A stretch of DNA of 64,000 nucleotides. Origin: the human T2T-CHM13v2.0 reference genome, Homo sapiens. Positions 46,660-64,000 of the stretch are shown here, in pieces. Where the stretch lies: assembly GCF_009914755.1 (NCBI RefSeq), contig NC_060941.1; one strand, written 5' to 3'. The notes below the pieces were generated by a model. The model searched no databases. It had not been told where the DNA came from and worked only from the letters and a program-made list of their open reading frames with translations. Each line of letters starts with the position of its first letter. Position 1 is the stretch's first letter. A program made the translations under genes and the position numbers.

Positions 46660-47000
46660 TTTACTGCTCCAACAACTCCATATTTTTATAACATTTGCTC
46701 TGTAACTGTCAGACGATGTGCCAGGAGTTGGAATTTCAAAAAATGAGTAAACTGGGGCACAGAAGGAGCTCTCAGCCTCCTGAGGGAAATGGTGTGGTTG
46801 TGAAATAACCATGACAATGTGCCCATGGAGAAGGCAGTCATGGGAGCGGTGAGTGAGCACAGGGTCATCATCAGCCCTATGAGAGTGATGTTTTAAAGGA
46901 TGAGTACAAGTCTCCTGGTAGGCAAGGGGAAAAGGTCATTGCTGGGAAAGAAAATGGTGGGCAAATGGGTGTAACAAGTTTGGAGAATGGAGTGAGGAAA
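46660..47000 (-). mobile_element. L2 fragment
   Basis: ATGTGCCAGG...GAAGGAGCTCTCAGCCT...TTTTAAAGGATGAGTA. Confidence 0.55.
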
Positions 47001-47369
47001 TCAAGCAGTGGGGGGTGGAAGGTGAGAGGGAGAGGGGGTGGTGGTGGGTGGGTGGACTCCTGGACCCACAATGAGGGATAGCAGGAATGAACCATTTACA
47101 ACCAGTGACCATGAAGCAGGAAACCTTCCGTGAGTGTGAAGCCTCACCTTCCTTTACTGGGCAGTGGTTTCCTAAATCCATCACTTCATTTCCTCTGTCA
47201 CCTTTGCCTTGTCAAAGGTCACCAGCAGCTCTTAATGGTCAAATCTCCTGATTTTCATTGGTTTCAGTATCTCCCCAAACTCTTCCTCCACCCAGGAAGT
47301 TTTCAATCTTTTCTTACCCCAGACCTCTTTGCAGCCTAGTGACGTCTTTGGTCCCTTCTTAGTTTTTAA

Positions 47370-47802
47370 ATGCATAGAACAAATTCATACAATCACAAGA
47401 AAGCCAACCATATGGAAATACAGTTATTAAAATATTTAAAAGCCCAGTTTGTGATGTAGAAAGATGTACTTGTTTACTAAAGCATAAATCGTACAACCCA
47501 GTGGATGGCCTTATAACCACAGTCATTTTGTAATAGTGATCAGCGTAAATGATATTGCAAGATTTCTGCAACAGCTGTGATGGAATGAAAAAATCTGTAA
47601 TTGTTTTTTGGTGAGAAAGTCAAGAGTGTGTCTAATACTATTGTGTTTTGTCAACTGCATTTATAATTAGAGGAAATGGTAAATATGAGACAGAGGTTTG
47701 TGAAAACAGAGAATTATTTTTTTCTTCTATCCAAATGCATGCCCTCCCTAAATTCTATCCAAAAATCCCTTGGGGATCTTGCATGCCAGGTTCAAAACCC
47801 CA
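47370..47802. mobile_element. hAT-Charlie DNA transposon relic (Charlie4-like)
   Basis: GAAATACAGTTATTAAAATATTT...GCGTAAATGATATT...CCAGGTTCAAAACCCC. Confidence 0.65.
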
Positions 47803-48139
47803 GGTTTACACTATTAATTCTCCCCCACCCTTTCCTGTGACTCTGTCCCAGCCATCTTCAGAGGAGGGGGTTGGGAGAGGGAGTGGCCTCCATCTGTCTG
47901 TCAAGGACTTCTGCTTCCTTTAATAGAAAACAAAATAAGAGGATGTGTTGAGATGAACAAAGATGTGCCAACCACTCCCAATTCCAGATAAGTGAGGCAA
48001 TGGTCACCTGTCTTACCCCATCACAGGGCCTGATACCCCAACCCACCGCCCCCAAGCCATGGTCATCACCTCTGCACATAACCAAACCCCAGACACTTGG
48101 CCAAAGAGATCCAGGACCCAGAACAAGAAAAAGGAGCAA

Positions 48140-48680
48140 ATGTATGTCCACAAATGCTTCTACACTCCTCACTTCAAGGAAGTTTAATTCCCTCCTTTTG
48201 AGAATGGGCTGAACTTAGGAACTTCTAACAAATAGAATATGGCAGAAATTATCATCTGTCACTCCTGAGACTAGGTCATAAAAGGCACTGCAACTTCCTC
48301 TTAGATCACTCCCTTTGGGGAAGTCAGCCACCATGTTCTGAGGACACTCAATTAGCCTTTGAGAGAGATCCACATGGCAAGGAACTAAGACCTTCTGCCA
48401 GCAGCCAGAGAGGAAATGAGGCCTCCAGTCCACAGCTATGTGAGGGAGCCATCTTGGAAATGGTTTCTCCAGTCCCAGTCAAACCTTCAGATGACTGTAG
48501 CCTTGGCTGACAATTTGACTACAGCCTGACAATTTGACTACAGAGAGGGAACTTGAGCCAGAACCTACCCCAGCTGAGCCACTCCCGCATTCCTGACCTT
48601 CAGAAACTGAGATAACAAGTGTTGATTGAAGCTATTAAGTTTTCGAGCACTTTGTTAAGCAGCAATAGATTGCCGATACA
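48140..48680 (+). mobile_element. MLT1F-like LTR
   Basis: GAGACTAGGTCATAAAAGGCACTGC...GCCATCTTGGAA...AAACCTTCAGATGACTG...GCAGCAATAGAT; 19-bp internal tandem duplication. Confidence 0.85.
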
Positions 48681-49249
48681 AGAAGTATGAAGAGGACAAA
48701 TCCTGTTCCTCTCTAGGGGCCTGGAGGGGAAGGTGCTGAGGAAGAGGAGGGCAGGGTAAGTTGCCAGGGGCAGCCTTTTGAGAGGGAGGCCTCACAGGGT
48801 GTGTTGGGCACAACCTTGGCGCCTACATCCAACAGTCCTGCTGATGACTTCTGTACCTGCTGTGCCCCCCCGTTTAAGAGCACGTTACACAACATCTCGG
48901 GTATCAGTTTCCTCAACTGTAAAGGGTGTAATAAATCAGCCTGGAGTTGCCGCAAGGGTTCAAGGAGTTAATAATAATATATGCAGTGCCAACAAGAATG
49001 CCAGGCGCACAGGAAATGCTCACTAAGTGGTGACTCTTTGCATTAACTCCAGGGCCCTCCTGGCTCCACCAGGCTCAGGTGCCCAGACTTGGCTGTTCCT
49101 GAGGGAGGCCACTCTCCTCTGACACCCAAAGGCCCTGGAACCCGAAGGATGGGGATGAGGCACTTCAGTGCAGCTGCAGTGCATCCCTGAGCTTCATCCT
49201 GTCTCCAGCTCATCCTGCCTCTGGTTTGGAAAGGGCCCTAAAGAGCACC

Positions 49250-52806
<3,557 letters not shown>

Positions 52807-52829
52807 AAAGTGTCCACTTTTGTACCCAT

Positions 52830-53760
52830 GAAAGCCTGAATTATGGCCCCCAAAGATATCCAGCTCCTAATCCCTGGAAGCTGTGAATGTAACCTTCTAC
52901 GGCAAGAGGGCCTGGGCAGAAGTGATTAAGGCTTGAGGTGGAGAGAGGATCCTGGCTTTCCCGGATGGGCCCCAAATGTAATCACAAGTGTCCTTAGGAG
53001 AGGGAGTCAGAGGGAGATTTGACTACAAGGGTAAAAGAAGGTGATGTGAGGACTTTGGCAGAAAGATTTGAAGATGCTACACTGCTGGCTTTCAAGATGA
53101 AGGAAGAGGCCACAAGCCAAGGACTGCAAGGAACGTAGTAGCTCTAGAAGCTGGAAAAGCAAGGAAACAAGAGCCTCCCCTAGAGCCTCCGCAGAGAGTG
53201 CCGCCTACCAGCACCTGGATTCCAGCACCGTGAACGTGGTTTTTTATTTTTATTTGGGGAAAGGGTCTCAAAAATAAAATGTTAGCTCACTGTAGCCTCC
53301 ACCTCCTGGGCTCAAGTGATCCTCCTGCCTCAGCCTCCTGAGTAGCTGGGACAACAGGCGTACACCACCAAGCCCAGCTATTTTTTTGTGTGTATTATTT
53401 GTAGAGATGGGGTTTCGCTATATTGCCTAGGCTGATCTCAAAGTCCTGGGCTCAAGTGACCCTCCCACCTCAGCCTCTCAAGTAGCTGGGACTACAGGTG
53501 CACACCACCACACCCAGCTAATTTTTTTTTCAGTAGAGACAAGGTTTCACCGTGTTGCTCAGGCTGATCTCGAACTCCTGGCCTCAAGTGATCCACCCAC
53601 CTCGGCCTCCTAAAGTGCTGGGATTACAGGCGTGAGCCACTGCACCCAGTCAGTGAAAGTGATTTTGGATTTCTGATCTCCAGAACTGTAAGAGAATAAC
53701 TGTTGTCTAAGCCACCATGTTTGTGTAAGTAGTGACAGCAGCCGTCGGAAACCATTTCAG
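52830..53760 (+). mobile_element. MLT1D LTR interrupted by a three-monomer antisense AluJ (53244-53651)
   Basis: ATGGCCCCCAAAGATATCC...CTAATCCCTGGAAGCTGTGAATGT...GATGCTACACTGCTGGCTTT...CTCCAGAACTGTAAGAGAATAA. Confidence 0.88.
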
Positions 53761-54869
53761 CACATTTTGTGTGTTATTCTGAGGATGCAGTGTGTGCATT
53801 CGCTGGCTCATGGTGGGCCTGTTTGCCCCGGTCCCTCCTCACCTGCTGCAGCTGTGGTCGGGTCTGACCTCTGCAGGCTATTTCTAGGCCCAGACTGCCT
53901 CCAGTCCATGGGAGGCACTGGTGGGAGACTGGAGGGTAGGCATTCTGGGGAGTTCATGCTCTCCCTCTCTGTCTTGGGCTACATCTCTGCATGGCTGTGA
54001 CCCCACCCATGGCTCTCCACAAGTGACCCCAGTCCTGAGGTCCTGGTAGCTCCACATCTTCCCTTTGTCCCTCCATCCCTCAGCGTGGTAGCAGCTTCCC
54101 ATCCCTGCCCCCTTATCATCCATGCCATCATTAAGTGTTAAGCAAGTGATACCTGTTACCACCTTCAGTGGAAGAGCCCTATTGAGTGGCGGGTCCTGCC
54201 ACCAGGAGCAGCAGTCCTGGGACGTCAGCCCCCTGCGTGGCTTGTGGGTGAGGACGGTGCCAAGAAAGACACGACTCACACAGGCACAGGATGGAACCAT
54301 GCTAGACTCACCTAGACAGCAGGTGGAGCATGATCAGCTGCAATAGTGAGTGTCAGCCCCCGCCGCTCCACGTGGCCTAGCACTCCAGGGAGAGGGTCTG
54401 CGTGCACCCCTCTCACCCCAACCCCCCACTGGGAACAGATAGAGCAGTGGGTGGTGGGTGCCACAGGATGCACACACTCAGGCAGAACAGAAGGCCCATC
54501 AAGTCAAGCACAGGGAAAGGTATCCCCGAAGACAGATGCCCAGCGCGGGCTGGGAGAGCTCTTTCTTTATTTGTAAGGAAGTGATCTGGGCCCATGGCCC
54601 ATTCTCATGTGACTATTCGGGTTGAGAGACTGCACGCCCAAGGCTGGCTTTCCCAACACTCTCTCCATTAAATTCTCTCTGGGTTCAGTACCTAAAGTGC
54701 TTTCTATTTTCCTGCCTGGGCCTTCACGGAGCCTCAAACAATATGATAAACAAGAGAAATCGGTTATAGGAGTTAAAAATTTAAAGGCATGTTTTGTTCA
54801 GCACGAGCTCTGTCCTTGAATTGCCTCTACAGCATTCTCAGCCAGGGGTTGTCTTTAGTTTTAATTGGC

Positions 54870-55013
54870 TTTTTTTTTTAAGAGATGGGGGTTTCGATCT
54901 GTCACGCAGGCTGGAGTGCAGTGGTGCAATCATGGCTCACTGCAGCCTCGACTTCCTGGGCTAGAGATCCTCCCACCTTAGCCTCCCGAGGGATGCACCG
55001 TCACACCCGGCCC
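54870..55013 (-). mobile_element. Old Alu right monomer (FRAM/AluJ fragment)
   Basis: CAGGCTGGAGTGCAGTGGTGCAATCATGGCTCACTGCAGCC. Confidence 0.85.
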
Positions 55014-56229
55014 GGGGGTCTTTTTCCACTGTTGCACCTGTGCACGTGGGCTTCTCTCCTCCACTCAGCCACCCACTGCCTCCTCCTCCACCCTCCATTC
55101 TCTTTAGTGCCAAGCGGCCTCACTCCTCTCTGGAGCCTGCCCAGCTGTGACCTGGATTTCTCCATCATGAGGACCAGGTGGGCTGGGGGGTGGGGTGCCA
55201 CTTAGAGATGGCTTTGCCGTGGGCTGCCAAACAGACCAAGCCCTGTTTGACCATCGTGAGAGCCAGAGAGATGTGAAAAATTATAAAAAGGCAGAGCATC
55301 AATGCAACTGTGTGTGCGCACTATGGATCCACTGAGGCTCCAGGGGCAGGTGGGCCGCTTCTCATCTGCCCCCAACCCCTGCAAAGGCCCCAGCGCCTCC
55401 CCCAGCTGGCCCCTCTTCCGGGCAGCCCCAGCCCCAGCAGCTGTGGCCGGAAGGAAAGCTTCAGTGATTCCCGAAGCAAAGCAGACAGTCGAGTTCGGAG
55501 TGTGAGTGATGTTCGCTTGCCTGCCCAGTTTCTTGTTTTTAGAGTCTGACACGGGAACATTGCGAGGTGACCACATTTTTCAAAGCTCAAATTGAGACAG
55601 ATGGTCTGCCCAAAGATGTTTTCCCGATTTAGCCATTTACTTATATAAAAAGCGTTACAAAAAAGTGCACACACCAATTCACATTTGATTGTCCATTTAA
55701 TGAAACGTGGCTGAGGAGCAGAATCATGCCTTGACCATTGGGGGCACCAAGCGGCCTGGATGGGGAGTGTGGGGCAGGGAAGAGGGTGAAGAGGCCCCCA
55801 AAGGGAGCCCAGGATAGAGATCTTCGGAGTGGGGGTAACCCCTGGGGAGTCAGCCCCCTCCAGGCCCAGCCCTGGGATCAGGAGGCTCTGGGCCCCCCTT
55901 TGCAAACCCTCCCTCAGAACTGGCTATAAAAAGTGGTTTGCTCTGGGCTGTGGCGGTGATAAACAGTCCCCAAAGACTCAGGAAAATGTCTGCAGCTCAC
56001 CAGCTGGTTCTTCACTCCGAGCCATTACTCTGCAGGGCAGGTCTCAGAGACTGGAGGTAAGCCCTGTGCCCCCTGCCCAACTCAAAGGGGCTCCTGTGGG
56101 TGAGGCCCCACGTGGGGGCCTGGCCCAGGGCCTCCTGCCCCACTGTGCTGTGCAGAGATGAGGCGGCAGAGGCTGAGAGGGGCTCAGCCAGCCCCCACCG
56201 GGGTCCTTATGCCACAGTCATGGCGTCAT

Positions 56230-57780
56230 TTTATCAGCAGTACCAGCTCACGAGTCTCGAACATTTACCTGGTGCTGAGACCTGATCTTGGTACTGCAGA
56301 CTTGAGCTCATTCTGAACTCATGTGCCCAGGTGAGAAAGATGCCATTATTAACCTCTCATTTTACAAACAGGCACAGAGGAGGCAGTGACTTGAGTAAGG
56401 CCACACAGCTCGTAAGCAGTGGAGGTGGGATTTGAACCCGGGTCCATGTGACTGGGTGCCTCTGCGAGCAGTCACCCCCTCTCCTGTACCAAGGCTTTCT
56501 GCAGACATCTACTTCCTCTCTGTGTGAATTTTCCCAGAGTGGGACCACCCCTTCCCTGACTTCCCCCACTCCCACTGCTGCCCCTCGCCCAGCCGCTGCC
56601 ACCTGGGATTGCCTTGTCACCTCCCAGCCAGGCTTTGCTTTGGGGATGGGAGTGGAAAGGTAGGCAGGAATGGCTTCACTCTTTTGCCCAGTGACCCTCT
56701 TAAACAGGGCTTCTCACGCCCCACACCAGCCACTGTAGGTGTCACAGAGAAGGGCTGGGTCCTGAATTTCCTCTTCTCAGGATCTGGCTGAGGGAGGGCA
56801 AGCTCGGTGGGAGGAGGCTCTCGAGGTGTGCGCCTTTCTCCCTTAGCTGGAAGCAAGGGCATGGATGGGGATCGTTCATTTGAGGGTGACCCCAGGAAGC
56901 AGAAATGAAGGACAAGCCAGTAAAGGTTGTGTTAGGAGCCTGAGGCTCAGACTGCTGGGGACTCGCTAGGAGCTGCTTGGGATGTGCCTCAGCATCACCT
57001 CCCACCCCAACACACACGGGCCTGGATGCGGCGACTCCAGGCCTCCGTGTTCCAGGGTTGTCCCAGGGGACGTTGGCCCCTCTGCATTTTGGGACTGCCC
57101 TGAGTGTGGGCTGAAGGTGGAGACAGTTCAGGGCAGTACTTGGAGGTGAACAAGGACTGTCCCTGGGGTCCCCATTGTCTCGGCTGAAATCAGAGGCCAG
57201 CAAGCACCTGCTGCCTCTCCCCAAGACACACCATCCAACCCTCCGGCCCAGCCTTCCCCTGCCCTCTCTGGACGTGCCAGGCCTCTGTGCCGTCCCCCAG
57301 GCTCACCCTTCTGCACCTCTCCTCACTACAACACTCAACTCCAGCATCACCTCACCTTCCAGGGAGCCAGTCTCTCCGTCCTCTGCAACCTGTAGCCATC
57401 TGCACAGGCCTCTGCCACCAGGATAAGAACCATTTGGGAGACACTCACTATGTGCCAAGCACAGCTCAGCGGTCTATGATGGGATCCATCTAACACCATC
57501 ACACTCTGCAATGGGCTCATGAGCATCATCTCTTTACAGACAAGGAGAGATGCTCAAAGTCACATGGCTGGAAAGCGCAGGAGGCAAGATTTAAAGCGAC
57601 TCCTGGTCTGACCTCAGCTGACACAGAGCCCTTAACGGGCAGCGCTGGAATCACTGGTGCGATGTCCATCTCTCCCCTGGACAACAAGCCTCTAGGGCAG
57701 GTGGGGAGTGCACAACAGCTGCCCGTCCACATTCCTAGCACCCAGTGCTGTGCGGGTGCGTGGTGTGCACTCAGATGGGA
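56230..57780. mobile_element. MIR copies (56230-56460, 57430-57640) and L2 fragment (57645-57780)
   Basis: CATTTTACAAA...GTGACTTGAGTAAGGCCACACAGCT...GGATTTGAACCC; CACTCACTATGTGCCAAGCAC. Confidence 0.65.
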
Positions 57781-57834
57781 AGGTGTGCACACAGGCCGAC
57801 AGATGGAGTCCAAGCTCTTATGCCTTTCAAACTC

Positions 57835-58510
57835 TCACTCCCACAGGCGGCCGCCGGCAAAAATAGCCAGCTCATTTGAATAGAAGGGCAGGAGGAAAAG
57901 ACAAGAACCCAACTTCAGACAAATGGAAATTTTCAAAAGAGGAAGGCAGCGGCCAAGCCCGGCGGAACACAGCTCCAGCCTAGCAATTTAGCACGATTAA
58001 CTGAAGCCGCAGCCCCAGTCAATATAATAGTGGGCGCATTATCAGTTTTGCCACAAACCATTATTCATTATCTCTGGGTTGTGTTGGCTCACCCTCAGCC
58101 GGCTGGAGCGCCGCGGCTTCTCCTGCAGCCAGCTATATTGTAATCAGTCACATTACAGAGAAACGTTCCTGGAGGAAATCGTGCCATCGCCTGGCGTGTC
58201 AGCTGCTCGCAGATCGGAATAGGAATGTTCCAAGGTGCAGTAATGTGGTGTGACATTGTGCGAGTTAATTTATAGAAAAATTAAACATCATTTGGAGCCG
58301 AGCAAGGGAGATGAGCGGGGGACTGGCTTGGTTTCAGACAATATTTAAATGGCCTCGGGGTATTGATTCTGCAGGAAATCTTTGCAAGGACTCACGGTGG
58401 TTAATAAATGTTTGTCCAAAATCCCCCAACTCAGTCTAGACGTGCACAATGAAGACTTAGAAAGCAAAATATAGCTCCAAATTGCAAGCGTTTCTTTGGC
58501 GTAATGAGTC
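57835..58510. promoter_or_regulatory. Candidate conserved developmental enhancer
   Basis: Repeat-free, about 27 CpGs at moderate GC, clustered homeodomain/SOX/TALE/TEAD/ONECUT/FOX-type motifs. Confidence 0.5.
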
Positions 58511-58772
58511 TTAGAGAGATGTGGGGAACTTGGAGGAGGGACGCTGGGAGCAGCTAGGGGTGGGGGTGGGGGTGAGAGAGCAGAAGTCACCAACTAAGAA
58601 GACAGATCCCGAGTCCCCTCCATGGGCCAAGCAAGGTGCTGGGGCTGCCAAGATGGGGCCACGCAATCCCTGACCTTGAGGGAAAGAGGAGACAGGGCAA
58701 AAATGCACCTAACCAAGGCCAAGGTCTGACTGGAGCAGCTAGGGAGATGCCCTGATCCCTTCCTCTTCACCC

Positions 58773-59200
58773 TGTGGGGATCCTCCACACTACACAGTAG
58801 AAGGTGGCCAGACACATGGCACCCAATACTGGACTGATGAGACACCAGCTTATTACTAGCAGATACTTCTGGAGGAGGAAGACACTGTGGGCCATGCAGG
58901 ACCACATGAGGGTACACCCCAGCGCAGAGTGAACCAGAGGGGCTGTGAGGGGCAGCCTTTGTAGTAACAAAAGGGTGAGCTGCCCTCTGATTGGCTTGTT
59001 TGAATAATGCTACTGGCTGGCAGGGAGGTGAGACCGTTAGATTGAAGACACGTGGGGCGTAGCCAATCTAGCTGATGCGGGAACCAGGTAAGCAGCCTTT
59101 CCTGCTGGGTGGGGGGGCGTGCCTGGTGAGAACAGGAGGCCTCACAGCTACTAGGCCCATTCGGGGCTTTGTGAGGCTCAAAGATATCAAAGCAGCACTT
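58773..59200 (-). mobile_element. ERVL-type LTR-like element (MER54/MER70-like, uncertain)
   Basis: GGCAGCCTTTGTAGTAACAAAAGGGTGAG...CTGATTGGCTTGTTTGAATAAT...CTTTGTGAGGCTCAAAGAT. Confidence 0.5.
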
Positions 59201-59204
59201 GTTG

Positions 59205-59824
<620 letters not shown>

Positions 59825-59905
59825 TTAATATTGCATCTTGATTTGGAGCCTGGCAGGGCAGGAGGTGCAGGCGAGGTGAGCGTGATGGGAAGGGAGCACC
59901 CCCTG

Positions 59906-60045
59906 CCACGTGGATGGCTGGAGGTGCTGAAGGCCGCTTGGATGGGTGGAGGTGCTGAAGGCCGCGTGGATGGGTGGAGGTGCTGAAGGCCGCGTGGATG
60001 GGTGGAGGTGCTGAAGGCCGCGTGGATGGGTGGAGGTGCTGAAGG
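59906..60045 (+). repeat. Minisatellite, 5 x 28 bp
   Basis: Unit CCGCGTGGATGGGTGGAGGTGCTGAAGG; copies 3-5 identical. Confidence 0.97.
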
Positions 60046-60918
60046 CGTTACAGAGCAGGCAGCATTGGAGGCTGGCCTTGAAGGGTGAGTAGCATATCAG
60101 GACAAAAATGAGAGCAAGGGCTTCAGAGCTGAGAAAATCTCATGAGTAAAGGCACAGGGACAGGAGACAGTGCAGGGCTTGAGAGATGGGTGGGCGGAGA
60201 GCCTGCTGTGAAGAAGAACATAAGGTGTGGGAAGGGGAGGCGGTGAGGGGCCGGGAAGGTGGGAGGCAACAGATTGCAGAGGGTCAGGGGGCAGGAATTC
60301 TTCAACGTAGAGAAGAAAAGATTCAGACAGAAAAACAACCCCTAGCTGTGGTGGCTGTAATGATCACCAGTCTATAAAGGACTCTTTCGGAGAAGTTGGT
60401 CCCCACATGCTGCAGAGACCACCTGGACCTAAACACCCCTCAAATGGTGACTCCCAGCCAGGGTTCTCCCTGAATTCCAGACTCAGATGCCCAGAGAGAT
60501 CTCAAACCACCGCTCGTTTCATGAATGCCTGTGAGTCACCAGGCAGAGTGTGAGACCTTGTGGGTCCATCAATGGATAAACCGAAGAGGGTCCTGCCGTG
60601 AGGCGCTCCTCTTCCAACCTTTGCCTCCCTAGAAGGATGTCAGCAATGCCTGGGCAAGTCCACACTGAAATGCACGTTCCTGCTCTTTCTCTGCAGAGCC
60701 ACATCTCCTACCAAAGTCTCCAGAGGGGTTTGGAGCCTGCAGTTCCAAAGCTTGAAGCCCCGGTGTCCTAACCTGGCTGCTCATGTGGCCTGATCTGCCA
60801 AATCCGGCATTGGCCATGTCCTGCCATTACTGCCAAAACGTTTCTCAAATCTGTGCCTTCTGCCTTCCCCTTTCTTGTGATCACAGGCTGGTTCAAACCT
60901 GTTCAAATAGAGGGACAC

Positions 60919-61222
<304 letters not shown>

Positions 61223-61226
61223 AATA

Positions 61227-61231
<5 letters not shown>

Positions 61232-61271
<40 letters not shown>
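61232..61271 (+). repeat. (CA)n microsatellite
   Basis: About 20 uninterrupted units. Confidence 0.97.
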
Positions 61272-61274
<3 letters not shown>

Positions 61275-61341
61275 AACTTTTGTGTCTCCCCCCGGATCAC
61301 AACCCGTCTTGTCACCTTCAATCCCTCCTACACAGTCATAG

Positions 61342-61647
<306 letters not shown>

Positions 61648-61879
61648 AGGGTAACTTTTCAAAACACAAACCTCTTCGTGCCACACCGCAGCTCAAAAGC
61701 CCTCCCAGGCTCCCTATCACCTGTCAGGAAAGCCCAAGCTCCTTAGCACAGGCTCGGTGCGGTACCCGCAGTCTTCAGTTGTGGCACTTTGCCTGTCTCA
61801 TCAATGCCTTCTTCTCACCCTGTGTCTTGCACACAATACTCCAGGAAATGGCTTAATTGCTTGCAGATGCCCCCCAGAT

Positions 61880-63210
<1,331 letters not shown>

Positions 63211-63619
63211 CCTTGCTGTTTTCAGATTTTTTAGTTCTTGCTTCCTTTTGCTTTCCCTCCAGCCTAGAATACTCTTATACACTTCTCTTGGCCTAAATAT
63301 ATTTCTAGGCTAGTTCATTGTTCTGTTCTTCAGGGGGCCTTTTCCACCATTTCCAGAAATGCTGCCATCTCATCTCTGAGCCTGCATTTGGAGAAAAAGC
63401 GTCAGGGCAGGTGGAAAGCAGAGAAGGAGCATGGCTCCTCTGCGCACCAGCTTGAGGCCATGTCTCCTCACTTTCTTCCAGGAAGGAGAGGGGGTAGCAT
63501 CTCCCACTGTTTGATGTTCAGCCATGGGAACCTGCCAGCTGCTCTCTGGGCCCACCTGCTATTTGCACCAACCTAGGAATCTGTGAGATGCACTTGCCTT
63601 CCCAGTTACAGTGTGTCAG

Positions 63620-63925
63620 TTCCCAGCCAGAGCCCTGTGTAGTTGCTACACAAGATAGAATTACACGCAATTCTCTGCTCTTGAATTTAAACAGCTGCTA
63701 ACACCTACCTGATCACATTGTATTTAGTAACCAGCCAGCCTGTGTTTTAATTCCAGTCTCCTAGCGCTTCCCAGCCTTTATTACGCGCCAGAGATTTCTG
63801 TGCAAACACAACTGGATCTTCGATGCCTCTTTGACAGACTTGGCAATCCGTTTGCCCTCCTATGCCTGGTAGTGATGGAGGCCTGACTTATCCCTCCCTC
63901 CCTTGGGAGTCTATTAATGGAGGGG
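63620..63925. promoter_or_regulatory. Candidate enhancer (unique block)
   Basis: Repeat-free; CATTGT, TTTATTA, GCAAACA, TGACAG, TTGGCA motifs. Confidence 0.25.
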
Positions 63926-64000
63926 GAGATGCACACAGAGGCACACACGTGGAAAGAGCTTTTGAGGCTGAAAAACTGCTCAGCTTAAAAGAGCTGCAGG

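Noticed and set aside
48508-48545. Tandem CTGACAATTTGACTACAG duplication
   Set aside because: Ordinary slippage duplication inside an MLT1F LTR.
55321-55905. 194-aa minus-strand ORF
   Set aside because: No recognisable homology, low-complexity G/P/L/R composition, no supporting exon structure.
57840-57870. NotI site as a CpG-island promoter
   Set aside because: The surrounding GC content is moderate and there is no extended island, GC-box cluster or first exon; treated as an enhancer candidate.
57970-58140. Three short reverse-complement pairs (GCTCCAGCC/GGCTGGAGC, GAAGCCGC/GCGGCTTC, CAATATA/TATATTG) suggesting structured RNA
   Set aside because: The pairs are in parallel rather than nested order, so they cannot form one hairpin, and each is short enough to be chance.
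59906-60045. 28-bp repeat of CRISPR-like length
   Set aside because: Units are directly adjacent with no spacers, and the DNA is primate; it is a minisatellite.

Overview
Primate (human-like) non-coding genomic DNA, intergenic or deep intronic. I found no protein-coding exon, processed pseudogene, tRNA/rRNA/snRNA gene or CRISPR array. The ORF track is almost entirely explained by Alu, L1, MaLR and simple-repeat translations or by chance GC-rich ORFs. The window is dominated by interspersed repeats: about 70 Alu copies or fragments by my count (roughly 30% of the bases), many LTR elements (MER41B, MER21, MER34-group and other MER4-group ERV1 LTRs, MST/THE1, MLT1, LTR16), one two-LTR MST (MaLR) element, one ancient L1M spread over about 10 kb, plus MIR/L2 and hAT DNA-transposon relics. 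The best functional candidates are a MER41B LTR that keeps both tandem STAT GAS motifs (37597-37626), a repeat-free CpG-retaining, motif-dense block that looks like a conserved enhancer (57835-58510), and several weaker enhancer-like islands. Structural points of interest are a young AluYe-like insertion, a TSD-flanked tailless hybrid Alu monomer, multi-level nested insertions and a 28-bp minisatellite. I do not see convincing evidence of a new biological system. Repeat subfamily names come from remembered consensus sequences and need RepeatMasker/Dfam confirmation; most boundaries are approximate (about +/-10-30 bp) unless TSDs are quoted.
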